64,000 bases of DNA from Minisyncoccota bacterium (lineage in GTDB: Bacteria; Patescibacteriota; Minisyncoccia; Phycocordibacterales; CAJQIN01), in NCBI GenBank assembly GCA_905478465.1, contig CAJQIN010000009.1, forward strand, positions 2,300 to 66,299, written 5' to 3'. How positions within the stretch are numbered: position 1 is the first letter of the stretch; every line of letters starts with the position of its first letter. Both the position numbers and the translations under genes were made by a program. This document shows positions 27,669 to 36,219 of this stretch, one piece after another. The notes below the pieces were generated by a model. That model saw only the letters and a list, made by a program, of their open reading frames with translations, had not been told where the DNA came from and ran no database searches.

Positions 27669-28097
27669 ATGTCACTTGTATTAAAAATAAAAAAATTAGA
27701 TACTGATCTCCCAACTCCAGCATATGGATATATAGGAGACGCTGCTTTTGACCTTTTTGCTAAAGAAACAACAATTCTCAAGCCAGGAGAAAGAAAAGCT
27801 ATCCCAACAGGACTCGCCCTAGAAATTCCTGATGGATATGTGGGTCTTGTATGGGACAAAAGTGGTATTGGGATAAAGGAAGGGGTAAAGACTCTCGGAG
27901 GTGTTGTCGATGCAACATATCGAGGAGAAGTACTTGTCGGAGTGGTAAACCTTTCCGAAAAAGAATACACCTTTGAACGAGGACATAAGGTTGCTCAGAT
28001 GATTATTCAAAAAAAAGAAGAAGTACAAATTGAAATTGTTGAGGAATTAACAGAAACAGAAAGGGGTGAGGGTAAGTTTGGATCAACAGGAAAATGA
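27669..28097 (+). CDS. dut: dUTP diphosphatase
   Basis: 'YGYIGDAAFDLFA', '...GLVWDKSGIG', 'RGEV' dUTPase motifs. Confidence 0.9.
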   Translation: MSLVLKIKKLDTDLPTPAYGYIGDAAFDLFAKETTILKPGERKAIPTGLALEIPDGYVGLVWDKSGIGIKEGVKTLGGVVDATYRGEVLVGVVNLSEKEYTFERGHKVAQMIIQKKEEVQIEIVEELTETERGEGKFGSTGK

Positions 28098-28309
28098 TAA
28101 AAATTGGAGAAAAATACAAACACTTTAAAGGACGCGAATATGAAATCGTGTCTTTGGCAAAAGACTCAGAAACACTAGAGGACGTGGTGATATACAAAGG
28201 GCTATATGAGCCATATCAAACATGGACACGACTACTTTCAAACTTCGAAGAAGAGGTGGAAAGACCAGAGATTCCATACAAGGGCCCAAGGTTCGTGAGA
28301 ACAGTTTGA
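28094..28309 (+). CDS. DUF1653-family small protein
   Basis: 'YKHFKGREYEIVSLAKDSETLEDVVIYKGLY' matches the DUF1653 pattern. ATGA overlap with dut. Confidence 0.55.
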   Translation: MIKIGEKYKHFKGREYEIVSLAKDSETLEDVVIYKGLYEPYQTWTRLLSNFEEEVERPEIPYKGPRFVRTV

Positions 28310-28405
28310 CCTTAACTTTTGTTTTTATTATTATACTTTATACACAGAGAATGGTTCTCTGTAAAATTCATGTAATGCACGGACGCCAAATATAAGGGGT
28401 TTTAA

Positions 28406-28870
28406 ATGGTAACTACAAGTAGGTATTTTATTCGACATGATTATCGTGATGAGAATGGGGACGAGCAGACGATGTGGATGTTCCAGTATGAAGAAAAATG
28501 TTATGTCATTGATGAGGGGATAGTGTCTTATTTGGCTAATGATTTTCCAGAATACTCACTTTTTGATCTTGCTGTTCTTTCTATTTTCATTAAGCGGATA
28601 GAAAGTGTTATATTTTTTAGTCAGCAATATGCTATTTCTATAGCCCAACAAGAAGACCGGCGAGTAAGGTTGGCAAAAGAAAGTCAGAACACAAGATCTT
28701 CTTTAAACGAAGTTTCTCCTAGTCGTATAAGGGGTATCTTTTTTGAAAAAGATTTCAATCCAAAAGGTACCTTGTCTATGGGGAATTTGGTCTCAGGTAT
28801 GACAGAAGACTGTCGTTGGAGTGGCTCATGGGATAACGGAGTGCGTGCTATGGAGGATAGAAATTATTGA
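28406..28870 (+). CDS. hypothetical protein
   Basis: 154 aa. No recognisable homology. Confidence 0.35.
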   Translation: MVTTSRYFIRHDYRDENGDEQTMWMFQYEEKCYVIDEGIVSYLANDFPEYSLFDLAVLSIFIKRIESVIFFSQQYAISIAQQEDRRVRLAKESQNTRSSLNEVSPSRIRGIFFEKDFNPKGTLSMGNLVSGMTEDCRWSGSWDNGVRAMEDRNY

Positions 28871-28876
28871 AGTTTT

Positions 28877-28930
28877 CCCGCACTTCATATGATATGTATA
28901 CACATATCATATGAAGTGCGGGTTTTTTCT
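28877..28930 (+). terminator. 46-nt perfect palindrome followed by T6 (strong terminator)
   Basis: 'cccgcacttcatatgatatgtatacacatatcatatgaagtgcggg' followed by 'tttttt'. Confidence 0.7.
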
Positions 28931-28951
28931 TTTTCTGCTACTCTATCAGTA

Positions 28952-30667
28952 ATGACTATTCAGGAACAATTAACACAATCTATTAAAGAAGCCCTTTTAA
29001 ATCTTGGTATTGAGGGTATTGAAATACACCTTGAACATCCAACAGAAAACCTGCATGGAGACTTTTCAACTAATGTAGCACTTGCAAGCGCCAAGAAGGT
29101 AGGAAAAAATCCACAAGATGTTGCAGATGACATCATCAGAGAACTTGAAAAAAACAAATTAAATATAATAGAAAAAATAGAAAAAGCCGGACCCGGATTT
29201 ATCAACTTCTACTTAACAAAAGAATTTTTCATACAATCTATAAAAGAAATTTTAGATAATAAAAAAAGTGTAGGATCTAATAATCGATTAAAAAACAAAA
29301 AAGTTCTGATCGAACACACAAGCCCGAATGCTTTTAAGCTTCTGCATATTGGGCACTTCATGGCGAATGCCGTTGGTGAGGCAACAGCAAGACTTCTTGA
29401 GTATTCTGGAGCAGAAGTAAAGCGCGCAACATATGCAAGTGATATAGGTCTGCCCGTGGCTAAAGCTGTGTGGGGAATGATGCAGATGCAGGCTGAGATG
29501 CCAGAAGATACGGATAGTGTTTCAAGAAAAGTTGAGTTCATTGGCAATGCATATACACATGGTGCGGGAATGTATGAGAGTGATGAAGAAATAAAAAAAC
29601 AGATTGATGAGATAAATATTCATATCTATAAAAAAGATGATGAGGATATAATATCTCTGTATACCAAAGGACGAGCTTGGAGCTTGATGTATCTCGAGGA
29701 AATGTACAAAAAACTAGATACTAATTTTGATTATCGTTTTTTTGAGAGTGAAGTATTTGATGAAGGGTCTCGAATAGTACGAGCACATCTCGGAAAAGTA
29801 TTTGAAGAAAGTGAGGGAGCTATTGTTTTCAAAGGAGAAGACTACGGATTACATACCAGAGTATTCATTAGTTCAAAGGGTGCGCCAACCTATGAGGCAA
29901 AAGAGCTTGGACTACAAACAAAGAAAGCAGAAATACCCTATGACATTTCTATTGTGGTAACTGGCAATGAACAGTCTGCTGTAATGGAGGTAGGACTGAA
30001 GGCTTTTGAGCAGATTGATGCTGAACGGGCGAATAAAACTGAACACATTAGCCACGGACTGATGCTTGGAAAAAATGGAAAAAAGATGTCTTCCCGAAAA
30101 GGAGGTTCACTTTCTGCAGAAGAACTAATTGAGAGTGTAAAAACAGAAGTACTGAAGAAAATGAAAGAAGGTGAAGATGTTCTTTCAAACATAGAGGAAG
30201 TGGCAGAAAAGGTGGCAGTAGGAGCGCTAAAGTATCAGATACTGAAACAAGGTTCAGGAAAAAATATTGTTTTTGATATTGAACAGGCACTTTCTTTTGA
30301 AGGAGACTCGGGTCCATATTTGCAATATACATATGCACGAACAAATTCACTTTTGGAAAAAGGAAAAGAAGCTGGAATTGAAATAAAAACAGGGGTGTAC
30401 GAAGCAAGTGCGGAATCTGTTTATAAACTTATATACCAATTCTCTGAGGTGGTGGAACGAGCCGGTGAGGAATACACACCTCAAACTGTCACTACATTTC
30501 TAATGGAACTTGCATCAAGATTCAATGCCTATTATGCAGGAGAAAAAATCATTGATATAGAAAAAAAAGAAAAAAGTTCTGAGAAACTGGCACTTGTTGA
30601 TGCTGTGAATACTGTACTCAAGAGGGGACTTGTTGTGCTGGGAATACCTGCGGTGGAAAGAATGTAG
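28952..30667 (+). CDS. argS: arginyl-tRNA synthetase
   Basis: 'TSPNAFKLLHIGH' HIGH motif and 'KKMSSRKG' (KMSKS-like). Start moved to the ATG after the palindrome. Confidence 0.9.
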   Translation: MTIQEQLTQSIKEALLNLGIEGIEIHLEHPTENLHGDFSTNVALASAKKVGKNPQDVADDIIRELEKNKLNIIEKIEKAGPGFINFYLTKEFFIQSIKEILDNKKSVGSNNRLKNKKVLIEHTSPNAFKLLHIGHFMANAVGEATARLLEYSGAEVKRATYASDIGLPVAKAVWGMMQMQAEMPEDTDSVSRKVEFIGNAYTHGAGMYESDEEIKKQIDEINIHIYKKDDEDIISLYTKGRAWSLMYLEEMYKKLDTNFDYRFFESEVFDEGSRIVRAHLGKVFEESEGAIVFKGEDYGLHTRVFISSKGAPTYEAKELGLQTKKAEIPYDISIVVTGNEQSAVMEVGLKAFEQIDAERANKTEHISHGLMLGKNGKKMSSRKGGSLSAEELIESVKTEVLKKMKEGEDVLSNIEEVAEKVAVGALKYQILKQGSGKNIVFDIEQALSFEGDSGPYLQYTYARTNSLLEKGKEAGIEIKTGVYEASAESVYKLIYQFSEVVERAGEEYTPQTVTTFLMELASRFNAYYAGEKIIDIEKKEKSSEKLALVDAVNTVLKRGLVVLGIPAVERM

Positions 30668-31065
30668 TATTTGACAAATTTATATTTTTAGGCATTATGA
30701 AACTTAGACAAAGGGTGTTCTTTTGTGTGTTTTAATATTCTATTTTTTACATAAGGAAATGTATCATTGCAAAAAAAAGAAACACAATGTGATCAGGTTG
30801 ATTGGGTGATGAAGGCAGTTGAACAGACTAAGAAACGTCTAGAGAAAATAGCTCAAACACTATGGTTAAATCAAGAGTCGGTTCAGCAATCCAGTGTTCA
30901 TTAATGACAAGGAGGTCGAATGCAAAGAAGACGAATATTTTTGAGACGTACGTGTCTTTTTATTGTGGCACTTCTTCAGTATAGATTACATCTTGTTAAA
31001 ACAAAAAAACTGAAAGGTCTTCATTTGGTGAAATAGGGTAGATTAAGGATTGTGATTTTATCTTG

Positions 31066-31097
31066 CGCGATAACAGAGGTTGTCGCGCTTTTTTCTT
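31066..31097 (+). terminator. rho-independent terminator in argS-ileS intergenic region
   Basis: 'gcgcgataacagaggttgtcgcgc' followed by 'ttttttc'. Confidence 0.55.
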
Positions 31098-31176
31098 GAC
31101 AAAATCTAATTTTACTGTAATATCTTGCGAAGCGTTATATTTTTAGATTCATGGTTCTTTTTTGAAAGGTATTGAA

Positions 31177-31395
31177 ATGGCAGAACAAGATCCCGGTATT
31201 GAAGAAGCGTTGGTGAAAGCTTATCGGAAAAATTATTCCGAAAGTACCAAAGGTCGGGATGATGACTGTGTGCTGCAAATGATTCGTAATCTGACAAGCC
31301 ATTGTTTTAACACACTGTGCCAGAATGCCGGTATTCCTGATTCTGAAGCACGTTTGTGGCAGGAGCAACAATTTGATGTTCCTGTGTCGGCATAA
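31177..31395 (+). CDS. small hypothetical protein, compositionally atypical (GC-richer, different codon usage)
   Basis: 72-aa ORF 'MAEQDPGIEEALVKAYRKNY...'. GC is visibly higher than its surroundings, with frequent ctg/ccg/gcg codons. Followed by its own terminator. Confidence 0.4.
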   Translation: MAEQDPGIEEALVKAYRKNYSESTKGRDDDCVLQMIRNLTSHCFNTLCQNAGIPDSEARLWQEQQFDVPVSA

Positions 31396-31420
31396 AACGG
31401 ATTCTGTTTCATTTTCTGCG

Positions 31421-31453
31421 AAAACACGCCTCTTTATAAGAGCGTGTTTTTTT
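31421..31453 (+). terminator. rho-independent terminator
   Basis: 'aaaacacgcctctttataagagcgtgttttttt'. Confidence 0.65.
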
Positions 31454-31478
31454 ATTGCTCCCAAAATGCTAGTATTCT

Positions 31479-34400
31479 TTGTATATTATGAGTGAAGAAC
31501 AGAAATCTGATATCGCCAAGAGGGAAGAGGAAATCTTGTCTTTTTGGCAAAAAAACGATATTTTCAAAAAAAGTCTCGCAAAACCTGCACCCGGAGGTAA
31601 TTTTGTTTTTTATGATGGGCCTCCTTTTGCCACAGGTCTTCCTCATTATGGACACATTCTAGCTGGAACAATGAAGGATGTTATTCCCCGATATCAAACA
31701 ATGAAAGGAAAATATGTTCGACGTGTTTGGGGATGGGATTGCCATGGTCTACCTATTGAAAAACTGATTCAAGAAGAATTAGGTGTAAAAACAAAAGCAG
31801 ATATCGAGGATCTTGGTATAGAAAAATTTAATGAATCAGCACGTTCAAGTGTTTTTCGGTATGATCGTGAGTGGCAAAAAGTTGTGCCACGTACTGGACG
31901 CTTCGTGGACATGGAGAATCAATACACAACCATGGATCCAAACTTTACCGAATCTGTGTGGTGGGGATTTAAGGAGATTCATAAGAAAGGCTTGGTGTAT
32001 GAAGATTTTAAATCTATGCATCTTTCTCCGCTTCTTGAAACACCTCTTTCTAACTTTGAGGTTAATCAGAATTATAAAGATATAGAAGATATTTCTATCT
32101 ATGTGGAATTTCGATTACTTGATGAACCGGACACATCTCTCATTGCTTGGACAACGACACCGTGGACCATTCCTGGAAATGTAGCTTTGGCTGTAGGAGA
32201 AGATATTGAATATGTCGAAATAGAAAAAAAGGATGAGGGAGATGTAAAATTCATTCTTGCTAAAGAACGTCTTAAAGATGTCCTGAAAGACAGCGAGTAT
32301 GAAATCACGCGTACTTTTAAAGGAAAAGATCTAATCGGAAAATCATACAAACCAGTCTTTGACTGCTATGCAAACGATGAAACTCTAGAAAACCGAGAAA
32401 ATGGCTGGAAGGTATATGGTGCAGATTTTGTAACCACGGAAGACGGAACAGGAATCGTGCACATTGCACCTGCTTTCGGAGAAGATGACTTGTTATTGGG
32501 TAGGGAACATAACCTTCCTTTTGTTCAGCATGTCAAAATGGACGGAACTATAAAACCAGAAGTAGCCGAATTTGCTGGTCGACAAGCAAAACCAAAAAGT
32601 ACTAAAGAAGAGCCAAAGAAACATCAAGAAACTGATATTGAAGTATTGAAAGTAATTGCCCATAAAGGATTTTTGTTCGCAAAAGAAAAATACACCCACT
32701 CATATCCACATTGTTGGAGAACAGATGCTCCGCTTCTAAACTACGCTATGAGTTCCTGGTTTATTAAAGTTACCGAAATAAAAGATGCACTGATACGAGA
32801 AAACCAAACAACTAACTGGGTACCGAAGGATATAAAAGATGGACGTTTTGGAAAGTGGCTTGAAGGTGCACGTGACTGGGCTATTTCTCGAAATCGATAT
32901 TGGGGCGCACCTATACCTATTTGGCAATCTGAGGACAAAAAAGAAACAGAAGTGATTGGATCTATTGCAGAACTACAAGAAAAAAGACCAGATCTTCTCA
33001 GAGATATATACGTCATGCGTCACGGGGAGAGTGAAAAAAATATTCTTGGTTTGTATGATAAGGAACTTGAAAAATATCCATTGACTGAAAAGGGAAGAGA
33101 ACAGGTGCAGACATCTGTTCAAGGTCTAAAAGAATCTGGTATTGATATGATCATTTCTTCCCCAGTTCTTCGTGCCCGAGAAACAGCAGAGATTGTCGGA
33201 AAAGGTCTGGGACTTGATGTGGAAATTCGCCAAGAACTAATGGAAGTTGATAGCGGGGAATGGGATGGGGAAAAGGAAAAAGATATTGCTGAGAAAAATA
33301 CCTATAACCTTTCTTCTGATGAAGACTACTACACTACCAAACGCGGTGAGACAGGGGAGTCTTGGCAGAGTGTGGAAGATCGAGCCAAAAGTTTCGTTGA
33401 GGGTATTTTAAAAGAATTTCCAGGAAAGAAAATACTTCTTGTGACACACGGAGGAGTGATTTTGTATATGGTAAAACATCTGAAAAGGCTTTCTGTTGCT
33501 CAAACAAGAAAATTATTTGATGTTTCTACATACGACTCGTATGCAACAGCATCACATTTTGTAGTGGATATGAATACTGGAAAAGCCTTTGATTTCCACC
33601 GACCATATATAGATAACATCACATGGAAAAATAAAGATGGTCAGGAAATGAAACGCATTGAAGCTGTATTTGATACATGGATTGATTCTGGTTCAATGCC
33701 TTTTGCTCAAGTGCATTATCCATTTGAAAATAAAGAATCTTTTGAGCAAAAAGATAGCCCTCTTTTTCCAGCAGATTTTATTGCTGAAGGGCTTGATCAG
33801 ACTCGCGGATGGTTTTACACACTTATGGTTCTGAATACAGGTCTTTTTGATAGGACGCCTTTTAAGAACGTTATCGTGAATGGTCTTGTTCTTGCTGAAG
33901 ATGGAAAGAAGATGTCAAAGAGTTTGAAAAACTATCCTGATGTTTTTGATATTTTCAATAAATATGGAGCAGATGCTATGCGTTATTACATGCTGGCATC
34001 TCCTATTGTGAAAGCTGAGGACTTAGCTTTTTCTGAAAAAGGAGTTGATGAAGTAGTAAAAAAAATAATACGTCGATTAAAAAATGTTTATTCTTTTTAT
34101 GAACTATATAAAACAGAAGATGCACAAACAGCATGTCCAGAAAGCACTAACGTACTCGATACTTGGTTATTGGCACGATTAACAGAACTCGGGGGAGAGG
34201 TAACACGTTCTCTGGATTCATTTGAACTTGATAGGGCAACTCGACCTTTTGGAGATTTTGTGGATGACCTGTCTACCTGGTATCTTCGACGTTCACGAGA
34301 TCGAGTAAAAGGAGACGACGAAGTAGACAAGCGTTATGCATTAGAAACTCTTTCTTTTGTATTGAGAGAAGTATCAAAATATCTGGCACCATTTATGCCA

Positions 34401-34988
34401 TTTTTGGCAGAAGACTTGTATCAGAGTTTGAAACTTGAGTCAGATGTTGAAAGTGTTCACCTTGAGAACTGGCCAGAAACAAAAGAATTAACTGAGGATC
34501 AGAAAGAAAACATTATATTAATGAAGGAAACTCGAGAGGTTATTTCTTTGGCCCTTGAATTACGTTCAAAATCTGGAATAAAAGTACGACAACCTCTGCA
34601 GAAAGTTACTATTGATAATAAAAATCTAACAGGAAAAGATAGCCTTCTTGATCTTGTAAAAGATGAGATGAATGTAAAAGAAGTGATTGTTGGAGATGAA
34701 CTTTCTTTGGATACTGTTATTACACCAGTATTAAAAGAAGAGGGAGCCGTGCGAGATATCATACGAGCAGTACAAGACTTGCGAAAGAAAACAGATCTTG
34801 TGCCTGATGATGTTATTTCATTAAATTTTGATACTTCAGAATCTGTAAAGAAAATAATTGAAACCTATATACAAGATCTTCAAAAACAAGTGAATGCTGT
34901 ATCTGTTGATTTTGCTGCTACTGAAGGAACACTTGTCCAAACTGAATGTGGTGATGTTTCTATCTCCCTACAAAAAGTATCTACATAA
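31479..34988 (+). CDS. ileS: isoleucyl-tRNA synthetase (type 2) carrying an inserted histidine-phosphatase (PGAM/SixA-like) domain
   Basis: 'PPFATGLPHYGHIL' (HIGH), 'WAISRNRYWGAPIPIW' and 'KKMSKSLKNYPD'. An in-frame ~195-aa insertion at nt ~33005..33590 contains 'VMRHGESEKN', 'SSPVLRARETA' and 'LLVTHGGVI'. Confidence 0.9.
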   Translation: MYIMSEEQKSDIAKREEEILSFWQKNDIFKKSLAKPAPGGNFVFYDGPPFATGLPHYGHILAGTMKDVIPRYQTMKGKYVRRVWGWDCHGLPIEKLIQEELGVKTKADIEDLGIEKFNESARSSVFRYDREWQKVVPRTGRFVDMENQYTTMDPNFTESVWWGFKEIHKKGLVYEDFKSMHLSPLLETPLSNFEVNQNYKDIEDISIYVEFRLLDEPDTSLIAWTTTPWTIPGNVALAVGEDIEYVEIEKKDEGDVKFILAKERLKDVLKDSEYEITRTFKGKDLIGKSYKPVFDCYANDETLENRENGWKVYGADFVTTEDGTGIVHIAPAFGEDDLLLGREHNLPFVQHVKMDGTIKPEVAEFAGRQAKPKSTKEEPKKHQETDIEVLKVIAHKGFLFAKEKYTHSYPHCWRTDAPLLNYAMSSWFIKVTEIKDALIRENQTTNWVPKDIKDGRFGKWLEGARDWAISRNRYWGAPIPIWQSEDKKETEVIGSIAELQEKRPDLLRDIYVMRHGESEKNILGLYDKELEKYPLTEKGREQVQTSVQGLKESGIDMIISSPVLRARETAEIVGKGLGLDVEIRQELMEVDSGEWDGEKEKDIAEKNTYNLSSDEDYYTTKRGETGESWQSVEDRAKSFVEGILKEFPGKKILLVTHGGVILYMVKHLKRLSVAQTRKLFDVSTYDSYATASHFVVDMNTGKAFDFHRPYIDNITWKNKDGQEMKRIEAVFDTWIDSGSMPFAQVHYPFENKESFEQKDSPLFPADFIAEGLDQTRGWFYTLMVLNTGLFDRTPFKNVIVNGLVLAEDGKKMSKSLKNYPDVFDIFNKYGADAMRYYMLASPIVKAEDLAFSEKGVDEVVKKIIRRLKNVYSFYELYKTEDAQTACPESTNVLDTWLLARLTELGGEVTRSLDSFELDRATRPFGDFVDDLSTWYLRRSRDRVKGDDEVDKRYALETLSFVLREVSKYLAPFMPFLAEDLYQSLKLESDVESVHLENWPETKELTEDQKENIILMKETREVISLALELRSKSGIKVRQPLQKVTIDNKNLTGKDSLLDLVKDEMNVKEVIVGDELSLDTVITPVLKEEGAVRDIIRAVQDLRKKTDLVPDDVISLNFDTSESVKKIIETYIQDLQKQVNAVSVDFAATEGTLVQTECGDVSISLQKVST

Positions 34989-34991
34989 TAT

Positions 34992-35585
34992 ATGGCATAT
35001 CATGTGCATAAGACATTAGGATTTGTGCTTGCAAGTATTCCTGTAAAAGAAGCAAATACTTTTGTTATTGTTTTCACTAGAGAGCTTGGATTGATTAAGG
35101 CTCAGGCACAAGGAACACAGAAAGTTGCCTCAAAACTTCGATATGGCTTACAGAAGTTTTCTTTTTCACAACTCTCATTTATATACGGAAAACACACATG
35201 GAAAGTAACAAATGTGGTTCCACTTGAGAATATTTTTTACTTACTCCAAGAAAAAAAAGAAAAGTTACTTGTATGTGCACACGTGAGTGTCCTTCTGCAA
35301 AGATTCCTAACCGGTGAAGAAAAGAATGAAGAGTTATTTGATTTGGTTATGGATGCAATGCTTTTTCTTGGAGAAAATAATATATCTCAAGAAGACCTTT
35401 CTTCCTTTGAATATCTTTTTGTCCTACGTATTTTATATAATTTAGGATATATAAGTGGTACAGGGGAGCTTGAACATTTAGCACGTGGTACTGAGTGGGG
35501 TACGGAGTATTTGGCACGCCTTGCAAAACAAAAAAAAGAAGTAGTCTCGGCTATTAACCGCGCTATTTCAGAGAGTCAGCTATAA
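34992..35585 (+). CDS. recO: DNA repair protein RecO (short form, OB-fold + helical domain, no C-terminal zinc finger)
   Basis: '...GFVLASIPVKEANTFVIVFTRELGLIKAQAQGTQK' resembles the RecO N-terminal OB fold. 'FEYLFVLRILYNLGY' resembles the RecO helical region. Confidence 0.55.
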   Translation: MAYHVHKTLGFVLASIPVKEANTFVIVFTRELGLIKAQAQGTQKVASKLRYGLQKFSFSQLSFIYGKHTWKVTNVVPLENIFYLLQEKKEKLLVCAHVSVLLQRFLTGEEKNEELFDLVMDAMLFLGENNISQEDLSSFEYLFVLRILYNLGYISGTGELEHLARGTEWGTEYLARLAKQKKEVVSAINRAISESQL

Positions 35586-35677
35586 TATTGACATATTAAC
35601 TTATTTGTGGAATATGGTAGAAAGTAAGAGGTGTTCTTTTATGTTTTAGAAAAAACTTTTCATAAGGAGAAAAGGGT

Positions 35678-36109
35678 ATGCTGGTTTTAACGTTAGCGGG
35701 TGTTAGCACAATAGTGCTAATTATGTGTGGAGTCTCAATAGAGAAGAATGAAAAAATTTCTTATATTTTTTTTGGCGTCATAGGATTTTTGATTGTTCTT
35801 GGTCTGTCTTTCGGTTGGCTGATGTTATATAGTGGACAAATAAGTCCCAGGGTGTCTTTAAACGAAGGTCATCTTTATCGAGCAGTTTCTTCAGTAGCTC
35901 TCTCTACCGAGGCTGCTAAAAAAGAAGGTGGCAAATATGTTCTTTGTTTAGAGGACGAACAGGCAACTATTCGTGTCATGTTGTCCAACGAACCATTAAC
36001 AGATGGCACATTAGTCCAATGGAAAGATAAAAAACTCATTGCTGTTGCTTTCCAACCAAATGGACCACTGAATACTCCTGTATCTGTACCGATCCCGACA
36101 AGTGAATAA
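35678..36109 (+). CDS. hypothetical membrane protein
   Basis: 143 aa with two N-terminal TM helices. Confidence 0.35.
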   Translation: MLVLTLAGVSTIVLIMCGVSIEKNEKISYIFFGVIGFLIVLGLSFGWLMLYSGQISPRVSLNEGHLYRAVSSVALSTEAAKKEGGKYVLCLEDEQATIRVMLSNEPLTDGTLVQWKDKKLIAVAFQPNGPLNTPVSVPIPTSE

Positions 36110-36131
36110 GTACACTGATAAAAAAACAAAC

Positions 36132-36164
36132 AAAGCCTGCGTATAATATTGCGCAGGCTTTTTT
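36132..36164 (+). terminator. rho-independent terminator
   Basis: 'aaagcctgcgtataatattgcgcaggctttttt'. Confidence 0.7.
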
Positions 36165-36219
36165 AATAAAAAATTATCTTGCAATTTAACACAAACGCTA
36201 TGATATAATTTCAAGATAT

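Noticed and set aside
31135-31464. 109-aa minus-strand ORF antisense to the GC-richer small gene
   Set aside because: The plus-strand ORF is bracketed by an upstream terminator and its own downstream terminator in the plus orientation. The minus ORF would read through both.
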